Of a DNA stretch of 64,000 nt, positions 1-15,299 are shown one piece after another. Both the position numbers and the translations under genes were made by a program. This DNA comes from the human T2T-CHM13v2.0 reference genome, Homo sapiens, in NCBI GenBank assembly GCA_009914755.4, contig CP068257.2:928001-992000 (forward strand), read 5' to 3'. The stretch's first letter is position 1. Every line of letters starts with the position of its first letter. The notes beneath the pieces are model-generated. The model was not told where the DNA came from. It did not search any database and was given only the letters and a program-made list of their open reading frames with translations.

Positions 1-3000
1 GTCTAGGCTCTGCTTAAAGGGGCCTTGTCACATATCTCTGCACTGATCACCCAGGTGATGTAACTCTTGTCTAGCCTCTGCTTTCACGGCATATTGTGAC
101 ATATCTATGCACTGATCACCTTAGTGATGTAACAATTGTGTAGGCTCGGCCTACAGGGGAATATTGACATATCTCTGCACTGTTAACCGAGGTGATTTAA
201 CTCTTGTCTAGGCTGTGCCCACAGGGGGATTGAGACATATCTCTGCACTGATCCCGAGGTGATCCAACTGTTGCCTGGTCTCTGCCTACTGGGGACATCG
301 TGACATATCTCTGCACTGATCTCCCAGGTGCTGTAACTTTAGTCTAGGCTCTGGCTACACGGCATTGTGACATATCACTGCACTGATGACCCAGGTGATA
401 TAAATCTTGTCTAGGCTCTGCCTACAATGGCCTTGTGACATATCTCTGCACTGATCACCCAGGTGATATAACTCTTCTCTAGGATCTGACCACAGGGTGC
501 TTTGTGGCATTTCCCTGCAATGATCACCCAGGTGATATACCACTTGCCAAGGCTCTGCCTACAGGGGCATTGCAATGTATCTCTGCACTAATCACCTAGG
601 TCTTGTAACTCTTTTCTTCGATCTGCCCTCAGGGTGCTTTTTGACGTATCCCAGCAAGGATTACCCAGGTGATGTACCTCTCATCAAGGCTCTGCCTACA
701 GACACATTGCGATGTATCTCTGCACTGATCACCTAGGTCATGTAACTTTTGTCTAGGCTCTGCCTACGATGGCATTGTGACATATCTCTGCACTAATCAT
801 CCAAGTGATGTAACCCTTGTCTAGGATCTGCCTAAATTAACTTTGTGACATAACCCTGTACTGATCATCCGGGTGATAGGGCTTTTTTCTAGGCTCTGCC
901 TAAGGGGGCATTGTGACATATTTCTGCATTGATCACCCAGGTGGCGAACTCTTCTCTTGGATCTGCCTATGGGGGCATTGTGACAAATCTCTGCACTGAT
1001 CACCCAGGTGATGTAACTGTTGTGTAACCTCTGCCTACAGGGGAATTGTGAAAGATCTCGCCACTGATCACCCAAGTGATGTAACCATTGTCTAGGCTTT
1101 GCGTACAGGGGGCTTTGTGACATACCTTTGCACTGATCACCCAGGTGATGTAACACATCTAAGTTCGGCCTAAAGGAGCTTTGTGACATATCTCTGCACT
1201 GATCACTTAGGTGATGTAACACTTTTTTAACCACTGCCTACAGGGAATTTTGACAAATCTCTGCACTGATCACCTAGGTGATGTAACGCTTGTCTACTCT
1301 CTGTCCAACGGGGCATTTTGAAATATCTCTGCACTGATCACCCAGGTGATTCAACTCTTGACTAGGATCTGCCTACAGAGGTTATTGTGAAATATCTCTG
1401 CACTGATAAACTAGGTGGTGTAACCCTTATCCAAGCTCTGCCTACAGACTCGTTTTCACATATCCCTAAAGTGATGACAAAGGAGATGTAACTCTTGCCT
1501 AGGCTTTCCCTACGGGGGACATTGGACATATATCTGCACTGATCACCCAGGTGATACAACTCTTGCCTAGGCTTTCCCTACAGGGGACATTGTGACATAT
1601 CGCTTCAATGATCACTCATGTGATGCAACTCTTGCCTAGGCTTTGCCTACAGGGGACATTGTGACATATCTCTGCACTGATCTCCCAGGTGCTGTAACTT
1701 TAGACTAGACTCTGGCTACACGGCATTGTGACATATCACTGCACTGATCAACCAGGTGATATAACTCTTGTCTAGGCTCTGCCTACAGGGGGCTAGTGAC
1801 ATATCTCTGCACTGATCACCCAGGTGATATAACTCTTCTCTAGGATCTGCCTACAGGGTGCTTTGTGACATATCCCTGCAATGATCACCCAGGTGATCTA
1901 ACTCTGGTTTAAGCTCTGCCTAAAGGGGCATTGTGACAGATCTCTGCACTGATCACTCAGGTGATGAAACTATTGTCTAGGCTCTGCTTAAAGGGGCCTT
2001 GTCACATATCTCTGCAATGATCACCCAGGAGAGGTAACTCTTGTCTAGCCTCTGCTTCCGCGGCATATTGTGACATATCTATGCACTGATCACCTTAGTG
2101 ATGTAACACTTGTGTAGGCTCGGCCTACAGGGGAATATTGACATATCTCTGCACTGTTAACCGAGGTGACTTAACTCTTGTCTAGGCTGTGCCCACAGGG
2201 GGATTGAGACATATCTCTGCACTGATCCCGAGGTGATCCAACTGTTGCCTGGTCTCTGCCTACTGGGGACATTGTGACATATCTCTGCACTGATCTCCCA
2301 GGTGCTGTAAATATAGTCCAGGCTCTGGCTACACGGCATTGTGACATATCACTGCACTGATCACCCAGGTGATATAAATCTTGTCTAGGCTCTGCCTACA
2401 ATGGCCTTGTGACATATCTCTGCACTGATCACCCAGGTGATATAACTCTTCTCTAGGATCTGACCACAGGGTGCTTTGTGGCATTTCCCTGCAATGATCA
2501 CCCAGGTGATATACCACTCGCCAACGCTCTGCCTACAGGGGCATTGCAATTTATCTCTGCACTGTTCACCTAGGTCTTGTAACTCTTTTCTTCGATCTGC
2601 CCACAGGGTGATTTTTGACGTATCCCAGCAAGGATTACCCAGGTGATGTACCTCTCATCAAGGCTCTGCCTACAAGCACATTGCGATGTATCTCTGCACT
2701 GATCACCTAGGTCATGTAACTTTTGTCTAGGCTCTGCCTACGATGGCATTGTGACATATCTCTGCACTAATCATCCAAGTGATGTAACACTTCTCTAGGA
2801 TCTGCCTAAATTAACTTTGTGACATAACCCTGTACTGATCATCCAGGTGATGGGGCTTTTGTCTAGGCTCTGCCTAAGGGGGCATTGTGACATATTTCTG
2901 CATTGATCACCCAGGTGGCGAACTCTTCTCTTGGATCTGCCTATGGGGGCATTGTGACAAATCTCTGCACTGATCACCCAGGTGATGTAACTGTTGTGTA

Positions 3001-6000
3001 ACCTCTGCCTACAGGGGAATTGTGAGAGATCTCGCCACTGATCACCCAAGTGATGTAACCATTGTCTAGGCTTTGCGTACTGGGGGCTTTGTGACATACC
3101 TTTGCACTGATCACCCAGGTTATGTAACACATCTAAGTTCGGCCTAAAGGAGCTTTGTGACATATCTCTGCACTGATCACTTAGGTGATGTAACACTTTT
3201 ATAAGCACTGCCTACAGGAAATTTTGACAAATCTCTGCACTGATCACCTAGGTGATGTAACGCTTGTCTACCCTCTGTCCAACGGGGCATTGTGAAATAT
3301 CTCTGCACTGATCACCCAGGTGATTCAACTCTTGACTAGGATCTGCCTACAGAGGTTATTGTGAAATATCTCTGCACTGATAAACTAGGTGGTGTAACCC
3401 TTATCCAAGCTCTGCCTACAGGGGCGTTTTCACATATCCCTGAAGTGATGACAAAGGTGATGTAACTCTTGCCTAGGCTTTGCCTACAGGGGACATTGTG
3501 ACATATCGCTTCAATGATCACCCATTTGATGCAACTCTTGCCTAGGCTTTGCCTACAGGGGACATTGTGACATATCTCTGCACTGATCTCCCAGGTGCTG
3601 TAACTTTAGTCTAGACTCTGGCTACACGGCATTGTGACATATCACTGCACTGATCAACCAGGTGATATAACCCTTGTCTAGGCTCTGCCTACAGGGGGCT
3701 TGTGACATAGCTCTGCACTGATCACCCAGGTGATATAACTCTTCTCTAGGATCTGCCTACAGGGTGCTTTGTGACATATCCCTGCAATGATCACCCAGGT
3801 GATCTAACTCTGGTTTAAGCTCTGCCTAAAGGGGCATTGTGACAGATCTCTGCACTGATCACTCAGGTGATGTAACTATTGTCTAGGCTCTGCTTAAAGG
3901 GGCCTTGTCACATATCTCTGCAATGATCACCCAGGTGATGTAACTCTTGTCTAGCCTCTGCTTTCACGGCATATTGTGACATATCTATGCACTGATCACC
4001 TTAGTGATGTAACACTTGTGCAGGCTCGGCCTACAGGGTAATATTGACATATCCCTGCACTGTTAACCGAGGTGATTTAACTCTTGTCTAGGCTGTGCCC
4101 ACAGGGGGATTGAGACATATCTCTGCACTGATCCCGAGGTGATGCAACTGTTGCCTGGTCTCTGCCTACTGGGGACATTGTGAAATATCTCTGCACTGAT
4201 CTCCCAGGTGCTGTAACTTTAGTCTAGGCTCTGGCTACACGGCATTGTGACATATCACTGCACTGATCACCCAGGTGATATAAATCTTGTCTAGGCTCTG
4301 CCTACAATGGCCTTGTGACATATCTCTGCACTGATCACCCAGGTGATATAACTCTTCTCTAGGATCTGACCACAGGGTGCTTTGTGACATTTCCCTGCAA
4401 TGATCACTCAGGTGATATACCACTTGCCAAGGCTCTGCCTACAGGGGCATTGCAATGTATCTCTGCACTGATCACCTAGGTCTTGTAACTCTTTTCTTTG
4501 ATCTGCCCTCAGGGTGCTTTTTGACGTATCCCAGCAAGGATTACCCAGGTGATGTACCTCTCATCAAGGCTCTGCCTACAGGCACATTGCGATGTATCTC
4601 TTCACTGATCACCTAGGTCATGTAACTTTTGTCTAGGCTCTGCCTACGATTGCATTGTGACATATCTCTGCACTAATCATCCAAGTGATGTAACCCTTGT
4701 CTAGGATCTGCCTAAATTAACTTTGTGACGTAACCCTGTACTGATCATCCAGGTGATGGGGCTTTTGTCCAGGCTCTGCCTAAGGGGGCATTGTGACATA
4801 TTTCTGCATTGATAACCCAGGTGGCGAACTCTTCTCTTGGATCTGCCTATGGGGGCATTGTGACAAATCTCTGCACTGATCACCCAGGTGATGTAACTGT
4901 TGTGTAACCTCTGCCTACAGGGGAATTGTGAGAGATCTCGCCACTGATCACCCAAGTGATGTAACCATTGTCTAGGCTTTGCGTACAGGGGGCTTTGTGA
5001 CATACCTTTGCACTGATCACCCAGGTGATGTAACACATCTATGTTCGACCTAAAGGAGCTTTGTGACATATCTCTGCACTGATCACTTAGGTGATGTAAC
5101 ACTTTTATAAACACTGCCTACAGGGAATTTTGACAAATCTCTGCACTGATAACCTAGGTGATGTAACGCTTGTCTACCCTCTGTCCAACGGGGCATTGTG
5201 AAATATCTCTGCACTGATCACCCAGGTGATTCAACTCTTGACTAGGATCTGCCTACAGAGGTTATTGTGAAATATCTCTGCACTGATAAACTAGGTGGTG
5301 TAACACTTATCCAAGCTCTGCCTACAGGGGCGTTTTCACATATCCCTGAAGTGATGACAAAGGTGATGTTACTCTTGCCTAGGCTTTGCCTACAGGGGAC
5401 ATTGGATATATATCTGCACTGATCACCCAGGTGATGCAACTCTTGCCTAGGCTTTTCCTACAGGGGACATTGTGACATATCGCTTCAATGATCACCCATG
5501 TGATGCAACTCTTGCCTAGGCTTTGCCTACAGGGGACATTGTGACATATCTCTGCACTGATCTCCTAGGTGCTGTAACTTTAGTCTAGACTCTGGATACA
5601 CGGCATTGTGACATATCACTGCACTGATCAACCAGGTGATATAACTCTTGTCTAGGCTCTGCCTACAGGGGGCTTGTGACATAGCTCAGCACTGATCACG
5701 CAGGTGATATAACTCTTCTCTAGGATCTGCCTACAGGGTGCTTTGTGACATATCCCTGCAATGATCACCCAGGTGATCTAACTCTGGTTTAAGCTCTGCC
5801 TAAAGGGGCATTGTGACAGATCTCTGCACTGATCACTCAGGTGATGAAACTATTGTCTAGGCTCTGCTTAAAGGGGCCTTGTCACATATCTCTGCAATGA
5901 TCACCCAGGAGAGGTAACTCTTGTCTAGCCTCTGCTTCCGCGGCATATTGTGACATATCTATGCACTGATCACCTTAGTGATGTAACACTTGTGTAGGCT

Positions 6001-9000
6001 CGGCCTACAGGGGAATATTGACATATCTCTGCACTGTTAACCGAGGTGACTTAACTCTTGTCTAGGCTGTGCCCACAGGGGGATTGAGACATATCTCTGC
6101 ACTGATCCCGAGGTGATCCAACTGTTGCCTGGTCTCTGCCTACTGGGGACATTGTGACATATCTCTGCACTGATCTCCCAGGTGCTGTAAATATAGTCCA
6201 GGCTCTGGCTACACGGCATTGTGACATATCACTGCACTGATCACCCAGGTGATATAAATCTTGTCTAGGCTCTGCCTACAATGGCCTTGTGACATATCTC
6301 TGCACTGATCACCCAGGTGATATAACTCTTCTCTAGGATCTGACCACAGGGTGCTTTGTGGCATTTCCCTGCAATGATCACCCAGGTGATATACCACTCG
6401 CCAAGGCTCTGCCTACAGGGGCATTGCAATTTATCTCTGCACTGTTCACCTAGGTCTTGTAACTCTTTTCTTCGATCTGCCCACAGGGTGATTTTTGACG
6501 TATCCCAGCAAGGATTACCCAGGTGATGTACCTCTCATCAAGGCTCTGCCTACAAGCACATTGCGATGTATCTCTGCACTGATCACCTAGGTCATGTAAC
6601 TTTTGTCTAGGCTCTGCCTACGATGGCATTGTGACATATCTCTGCACTAATCATCCAAGTGATGTAACACTTGTCTAGGATCTTCCTAAATTAACTTTGT
6701 GACATAACCCTGTACTGATCATCCGGGTGATGGGGCTTTTGTCTAGGCTCTGCCTAAGGGGGCATTGTGACATATTTCTGCATTGATCACCCAGGTGGCG
6801 AACTCTTCTCTTGGATCTGCCTATGGGGGCATTGTGACAAATCTCTGCACTGATCACCCAGGTGATGTAACTGTTGTGTAACCTCTGCCTACAGGGGAAT
6901 TGTGAAAGATCTCGCCACTGATCACCCAAGTGATGTAACCATTGTCTAGGCTTTGCGTACAGGGGGCTTTGTGACATACCTTTGCACTGATCACCCAGGT
7001 GATGTAACACATCTAAGTTCGGCCTAAAGGAGCTTTGTGACATATCTCTGCACTGATCACTTAGGTGATGTAACACTTTTTTAACCACTGCCTACAGGGA
7101 ATTTTGACAAATCTCTGCACTGATCACCTAGGTGATGTAACGCTTGTCTACTCTCTGTCCAACGGGGCATTTTGAAATATCTCTGCACTGATCACCCAGG
7201 TGATTCAACTCTTGACTAGGATCTGCCTACAGAGGTTATTGTGAAATATCTCTGCACTGATAAACTAGGTGGTGTAACCCTTATCCAAGCTCTGCCTACA
7301 GACTCGTTTTCACATATCCCTAAAGTGATGACAAAGGAGATGTAACTCTTGCCTAGGCTTTCCCTACGGGGGACATTGGACATATATCTGCACTGATCAC
7401 CCAGGTGATACAACTCTTGCCTAGGCTTTCCCTACAGGGGACATTGTGACATATCGCTTCAATGATCACTCATGTGATGCAACTCTTGCCTAGGCTTTGC
7501 CTACAGGGGACATTGTGACATATCTCTGCACTGATCTCCCAGGTGCTGTAACTTTAGACTAGACTCTGGCTACACGGCATTGTGACATATCACTGCACTG
7601 ATCAACCAGGTGATATAACTCTTGTCTAGGCTCTGCCTACAGGGGGCTAGTGACATATCTCTGCACTGATCACCCAGGTGATATAACTCTTCTCTAGGAT
7701 CTGCCTACAGGGTGCTTTGTGACATATCCCTGCAATGATCACCCAGGTGATCTAACTCTGGTTTAAGCTCTGCCTAAAGGGGCATTGTGACAGATCTCTG
7801 CACTGATCACTCAGGTGATGAAACTATTGTCTAGGCTCTGCTTAAAGGGGCCTTGTCACATATCTCTGCAATGATCACCCAGGAGAGGTAACTCTTGTCT
7901 AGCCTCTGCTTCCGCGGCATATTGTGACATATCTATGCACTGATCACCTTAGTGATGTAACACTTGTGTAGGCTCGGCCTACAGGGGAATATTGACATAT
8001 CTCTGCACTGTTAACCGAGGTGACTTAACTCTTGTCTAGGCTGTGCCCACAGGGGGATTGAGACATATCTCTGCACTGATCCCGAGGTGATCCAACTGTT
8101 GCCTGGTCTCTGCCTACTGGGGACATTGTGACATATCTCTGCACTGATCTCCCAGGTGCTGTAAATATAGTCCAGGCTCTGGCTACACGGCATTGTGACA
8201 TATCACTGCACTGATCACCCAGGTGATATAAATCTTGTCTAGGCTCTGCCTACAATGGCCTTGTGACATATCTCTGCACTGATCACCCAGGTGATATAAC
8301 TCTTCTCTAGGATCTGACCACAGGGTGCTTTGTGGCATTTCCCTGCAATGATCACCCAGGTGATATACCACTCGCCAAGGCTCTGCCTACAGGGGCATTG
8401 CAATTTATCTCTGCACTGTTCACCTAGGTCTTGTAACTCTTTTCTTCGATCTGCCCACAGGGTGATTTTTGACGTATCCCAGCAAGGATTACCCAGGTGA
8501 TGTACCTCTCATCAAGGCTCTGCCTACAAGCACATTGCGATGTATCTCTGCACTGATCACCTAGGTCATGTAACTTTTGTCTAGGCTCTGCCTACGATGG
8601 CATTGTGACATATCTCTGCACTAATCATCCAAGTGATGTAACACTTGTCTAGGATCTGCCTAAATTAACTTTGTGACATAACCCTGTACTGATCATCCAG
8701 GTGATGGGGCTTTTGTCTAGGCTCTGCCTAAGGGGGCATTGTGACATATTTCTGCATTGATCACCCAGGTGGCGAACTCTTCTCTTGGATCTGCCTATGG
8801 GGGCATTGTGACAAATCTCTGCACTGATCACCCAGGTGATGTAACTGTTGTGTAACCTCTGCCTACAGGGGAATTGTGAGAGATCTCGCCACTGATCACC
8901 CAAGTGATGTAACCATTGTCTAGGCTTTGCGTACTGGGGGCTTTGTGACATACCTTTGCACTGATCACCCAGGTGATGTAACACATCTAAGTTCGGCCTA

Positions 9001-11708
9001 AAGGAGCTTTGTGACATATCTCTGCACTGATCACTTAGGTGATGTAACACTTTTATAAGCACTGCCTACAGGAAATTTTGACAAATCTCTGCACTGATCA
9101 CCTAGGTGATGTAACGCTTGTCTACCCTCTGTCCAACGGGGCATTGTGAAATATCTCTGCACTGATCACCCAGGTGATTCAACTCTTGACTAGGATCTGC
9201 CTACAGAGGTTATTGTGAAATATCTCTGCACTGATAAACTAGGTGGTGTAACCCTTATCCAAGCTCTGCCTACAGGGGCGTTTTCACATATCCCTGAAGT
9301 GATGACAAAGGTGATGTAACTCTTGCCTAGGCTTTGCCTACAGGGGACATTGTGACATATCGCTTCAATGATCACCCATTTGATGCAACTCTTGCCTAGG
9401 CTTTGCCTACAGGGGACATTGTGACATATCTCTGCACTGATCTCCCAGGTGCTGTAACTTTAGTCTAGACTCTGGCTACACGGCATTGTGACATATCACT
9501 GCACTGATCAACCAGGTGATATAACCCTTGTCTAGGCTCTGCCTACAGGGGGCTTGTGACATAGCTCTGCACTGATCACCCAGGTGATATAACTCTTCTC
9601 TAGGTTCTGCCTACAGGGTGCTTTGTGACATATCCCTGCAATGATCACCCAGGTGATCTAACTCCGGTTTAAGCTCTGCCTAAAGGGGCATTGTGACAGA
9701 TCTCTGCACTGATCACTCAGGTGATGTAACTATTGTCTAGGCTCTGCTTAAAGGGGCCTTGTCACATATCTCTGCAATGATCACCCAGGTGATGTAACTC
9801 TTGTCTAGCCTCTGCTTTCACGGCATATTGTGACATATCTATGCACTGATCACCTTAGTGATGTAACACTTGTGCAGGCTCGGCCTACAGGGTAATATCG
9901 ACATATCCCTGCACTGTTAACCGAGGTGATTTAACTCTTGTCTAGGCTGTGCCCACAGGGGGATTGAGACATATCTCTGCACTGATCCCGAGGTGATGCA
10001 ACTGTTGCCTGGTCTCTGCCTACTGGGGACATTGTGAAATATCTCTGCACTGATCTCCCAGGTGCTGTAACTTTAGTCTAGGCTCTGGCTACACGGCATT
10101 GTGACATATCACTGCACTGATCACCCAGGTGATATAAATCTTGTCTAGGCTCTGCCTACAATGGCCTTGTGACATATCTCTGCACTGATCACCCAGGTGA
10201 TATAACTCTTCTCTAGGATCTGACCACAGGGTGCTTTGTGACATTTCCCTGCAATGATCACTCAGGTGATATACCACTTGCCAAGGCTCTGCCTACAGGG
10301 GCATTGCAATGTATCTCTGCACTGATCACCTAGGTCTTGTAACTCTTTTCTTTGATCTGCCCTCAGGGTGCTTTTTGACGTATCCCAGCAAGGATTACCC
10401 AGGTGATGTACCTCTCATCAAGGCTCTGCCTACAGGCACATTGCGATGTATCTCTGCACTGATCACCTAGGTCATGTAACTTTTGTCTAGGCTCTGCCTA
10501 CGATTGCATTGTGACATATCTCTGCACTAATCATCCAAGTGATGTAACCCTTGTCTAGGATCTGCCTAAATTAACTTTGTGACGTAACCCTGTACTGATC
10601 ATCCAGGTGATGGGGCTTTTGTCCAGGCTCTGCCTAAGGGGGCATTGTGACATATTTCTGCATTGATAACCCAGGTGGCGAACTCTTCTCTTGGATCTGC
10701 CTATGGGGGCATTGTGACAAATCTCTGCACTGATCACCCAGGTGATGTAACTGTTGTGTAACCTCTGCCTACAGGGGAATTGTGAGAGATCTCGCCACTG
10801 ATCACCCAAGTGATGTAACCATTGTCTAGGCTTTGCGTACAGGGGGCTTTGTGACATACCTTTGCACTGATCACCCAGGTGATGTAACACATCTATGTTC
10901 GACCTAAAGGAGCTTTGTGACATATCTCTGCACTGATCACTTAGGTGATGTAACACTTTTATAAACACTGCCTACAGGGAATTTTGACAAATCTCTGCAC
11001 TGATAACCTAGGTGATGTAACGCTTGTCTACCCTCTGTCCAACGGGGCATTGTGAAATATCTCTGCACTGATCACCCAGGTGATTCAACTCTTGACTAGG
11101 ATCTGCCTACAGAGGTTATTGTGAAATATCTCTGCACTGATAAACTAGGTGGTGTAACACTTATCCAAGCTCTGCCTACAGGGGCGTTTTCACATATCCC
11201 TGAAGTGATGACAAAGGTGATGTAACTCTTGCCTAGGCTTTGCCTACAGGGGACATTGGATATATATCTGCACTGATCACCCAGGTGATGCAACTCTTGC
11301 CTAGGCTTTGCCTACAGGGGACATTGTGACATATCTGTGCACTGATCTCCCAGGTGCTGTAACTTTAGTCTAGACTCTGGCTACACGGCATTGTGACATA
11401 TCACTGCACTGATCAACCAGGTGATATAACCCTTGTCTAGGCTCTGCCTACAGGGGGCTTGTGACATAGCTCTGCACTGATCACCCAGGTGATATAACTC
11501 TTCTCTAGGATCTGCCTACAGGGTGCTTTGTGACATATCCCTGCAATGATCACCCAGGTGATCTAACTCTGGTTTAAGCTCTGCCTAAAGGGGCATTGTG
11601 ACAGATCTCTGCACTGATCACTCAGGTGATGTAACTATTGTCTAGGCTCTGCTTAAAGGGGCCTTGTCACATATCTCTGCAATGATCACCCAGGTGATGT
11701 AACTCTTG
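1..11708. repeat. Second-level super-repeat: two tandem copies of a 5,854-bp unit (HOR variants A-B-C = 1974+1906+1974 bp) at ~99.5% identity.
   Basis: The 137-aa spurious ORFs at 821/6675, 2795/8649 and 4701/10555 are each exactly 5,854 bp apart and differ by 0-1 residue within a pair. A, B and C variants differ from each other at several residues. C-type units continue at 12460 and 17020. Confidence 0.8.
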
Positions 11709-14700
11709 TCTAGCCTCTGCTTTCACGGCATATTGTGACATATCTATGCACTGATCACCTTAGTGATGTAACACTTGTGCAGGCTCGGCCTACAGGGTAA
11801 TATTGACATATCCCTGCACTGTTAACCGAGGTGATTTAACTCTTGTCTAGGCTGTGCCCACAGGGGGATTGAGACATATCTCTGCACTGATCCCGAGGTG
11901 ATGCAACTGTTGCCTGGTCTCTGCCTACTGGGGACATTGTGAAATATCTCTGCACTGATCTCCCAGGTGCTGTAACTTTAGTCTAGGCTCTGGCTACACG
12001 GCATTGTGACATATCACTGCACTGATCACCCAGGTGATATAAATCTTGTCTAGGCTCTGCCTACAATGGCCTTGTGACATATCTCTGCACTGATCACCCA
12101 GGTGATATAACTCTTCTCTAGGATCTGACCACAGGGTGCTTTGTGACATTTCCCTGCAATGATCACTCAGGTGATATACCACTTGCCAAGGCTCTGCCTA
12201 CAGGGGCATTGCAATGTATCTCTGCACTGATCACCTAGGTCTTGTAACTCTTTTCTTTGATCTGCTCTCAGGGTGCTTTTTGACGTATCCCAGCAAGGAT
12301 TACCCAGGTGATGTACCTCTCATCAAGGCTCTGCCTACAGGCACATTGCGATGTATCTCTGCACTGATCACCTAGGTCATGTAACTTTTGTCTAGGCTCT
12401 GCCTACGATTGCATTGTGACATATCTCTGCACTAATCATCCAAGTGATGTAACCCTTGTCTAGGATCTGCCTAAATTAACTTTGTGACGTAACCCTGTAC
12501 TGATCATCCAGGTGATGGGGCTTTTGTCCAGGCTCTGCCTAAGGGGGCATTGTGACATATTTCTGCATTGATAACCCAGGTGGCGAACTCTTCTCTTGGA
12601 TCTGCCTATGGGGGCATTGTGACAAATCTCTGCACTGATCACCCAGGTGATGTAACTGTTGTGTAACCTCTGCCTACAGGGGAATTGTGAGAGATCTCGC
12701 CACTGATCACCCAAGTGATGTAACCATTGTCTACGCTTTGTGTACAGGGGGCTTTGTGACATACCTTTGCACTGATCACCCAGGTGATGTAACACATCTA
12801 TGTTCGACCTAAAGGAGCTTTGTGACATATCTCTGCACTGATCACTTAGGTGATGTAACACTTTTATAAACACTGCCTACAGGGAATTTTGACAAATCTC
12901 TGCACTGATAACCTAGGTGATGTAACGCTTGTCTACCCTCTGTCCAACGGGGCATTGTGAAATATCTCTGCACTGATCACCCAGGTGATTCAACTCTTGA
13001 CTAGGATCTGCCTACAGAGGTTATTGTGAAATATCTCTGCACTGATAAACTAGGTGGTGTAACACTTATCCAAGCTCTGCCTACAGGGGCGTTTTCACAT
13101 ATCCCTGAAGTGATGACAAAGGTGATGTAACTCTTGCCTAGGCTTTGCCTACAGAGGACATTGGATATATATCTGCACTGATCACCCAGGTGATGCAACT
13201 CTTGCCTTGGCTTTTCCTACAGGGGACATTGTGACATATCGCTTCAATGATCACCCATGTGATGCAACTCTTGCCTAGGCTTTGCCTACAGGGGACATTG
13301 TGACATATCTCTGCACTGATCTCCTAGGTGCTGTAACTTTAGTCTAGACTCTGGCTACACGGCATTGTGACATATCACTGCACTGATCAACCAAGTGATA
13401 TAACTCTTGTCTAGGCTCTGCCTACAGGGGGCTTGTGACATAGCTCAGCACTGATCACCCAGGTGATATAACTCTTCTCTAGGATCTGCCTACAGGGTGC
13501 TTTGTGACATATCCCTGCAATGATCACCCAGGTGATCTAACTCTGGTTTAAGCTCTGCCTAAAGGGGCATTGTGACAGATCTCTGCACTGATCACTCAGG
13601 TGATGTAACTATTGTCTAGGCTCTGCTTAAAGGGGCCTTGTCACATATCTCTGCAATGATCACCCAGGTGATGTAACTGTTGTCTAGCCTCTGCTTTCAC
13701 GGCATATTGTGACATATCTATGCACTGATCACCTTAGTGATGTAACACTTGTGCAGGCTCGGCCTACAGGGTAATATTGACATATCTCTGCACTGTTAAC
13801 CGAGGTGATTTAACTCTTGTCTAGGCTGTGCCCACAGGGGGATTGAGACATATCTCTGCACTGATCCCGAGGTGATCCAACTGTTGCCTGGTCTCTGCCT
13901 ACTGGGGACATTGTGACATATCTCTGCACTGATCTCCCAGGTGCTGTAACTTTAGTCTAGGCTCTGGCTACACGGCATTGTGACATATCACTGCACTGAT
14001 CACCCAGGTGATATAAATCTTGTCTAGGCTCTGCCTACAATGGCCTTGTGACATATCTCTGCACTGATCACCCAGGTGATATAACTCTTCTCTAGGATCT
14101 GACCACAGGGTGCTTTGTGACATTTCCCTGCAATGATCACCCAGGTGATATACCACTCGCCAAGGCTCTGCCTACAGGGGCATTGCAATGTATCTCTGCA
14201 CTGATCACCTAGGTCTTGTAACTCTTTTCTTTGATCTGCCCTCAGGGTGCTTTTTGACGTATCCCAGCAAGGATTACCCAGGTGATGTACCTCTCATCAA
14301 GGCTCTGCCTACAGGCACATTGCGATGTATCTCTGCACTGATCACCTAGGTCATGTAACTTTTGTCTAGGCTCTGCCTAGGATTGCATTGTGACATATCT
14401 CTGCACTAATCATCCAAGTGATGTAACACTTGTCTAGGATCTGCCTAAATCAACTTTGTGACATAACCCTGTACTGATCATCCAGGTGATGGGGCTTTTG
14501 TCTAGGCTCTGCCTAAGGGGGCATTGTGACATATTTCTGTATTGATCACCCAGGTGGCGAACTCTTCTCTTGGATCTGCCTATGGGGGCATTGTGACAAA
14601 TCTCTGCACTGATCACCCAGGTGATGTAACTCTTGTGTAACCTCTGCCTACAGGGGAATTGTGAGAGATCTCGCCACTGATCACCCAAGTGATGTAACCA

Positions 14701-15299
14701 TTGTCTAGGTTTTGCGTACAGGGGGCTTTTTGACATACCTTTGCACTGATCACCCAGGTGATGTAACACATCTAAGTTCGGACTAAAGGAGCTTTGTGAC
14801 ATATCTCTGCACTGATCACTTAGGTGATGTAACACTTTTATAAGCACTGCCTACAGGGAATTTTGAAAAATCTCTGCACTGATCACCTAGGTGATGTAAC
14901 GCTTGTCTACCCTCTGTCCAACGGGGCATTGTGAAATATCTCTGCACTGATCACCCAGGTGATTCAACTCTTGACTAGGATCTGCCTACAGAGGTTATTG
15001 TGAAATATCTCTGCACTGATAACTAGGTGGTGTAACACTTATCCAAGCTCTGCCTACAGGGGCGTTTTCACATATCCCTGAAGTGATGACAAAGGTGATG
15101 TAACTCTTGCCTAGGCTTTGCCTACAGGGGACATTGGATATATATCTGCACTGATCACCCAGGTGATGCAACTCTTGCCTAGGATTTTCCTACAGGGGAC
15201 ATGGTGACATATCGCTTCAATGATCACCCATGTGATGCAACTCTTGCCTAGGCTTTGCCTACAGGGGACATTGTGACATATCTCTGCACTGATCTCCCA

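Noticed and set aside
821-1234. Recurrent 137-aa, 60-97-aa and 147-aa ORFs on the minus strand throughout the beta-satellite. Examples: 821..1234, 2795..3208, 4701..5114 ... 34095..34508, 48563..49006 and 55931..56338. They look like an amplified gene family.
   Set aside because: They are frame artefacts of a 68-bp tandem repeat whose monomer lacks stop codons in one frame. The 'proteins' are themselves 22-23-aa periodic ('[12 protein letters not shown]...' repeated). They have no plausible start context and a low-complexity, Cys/His-rich repetitive composition. Their ends coincide with chance stops in variant monomers.
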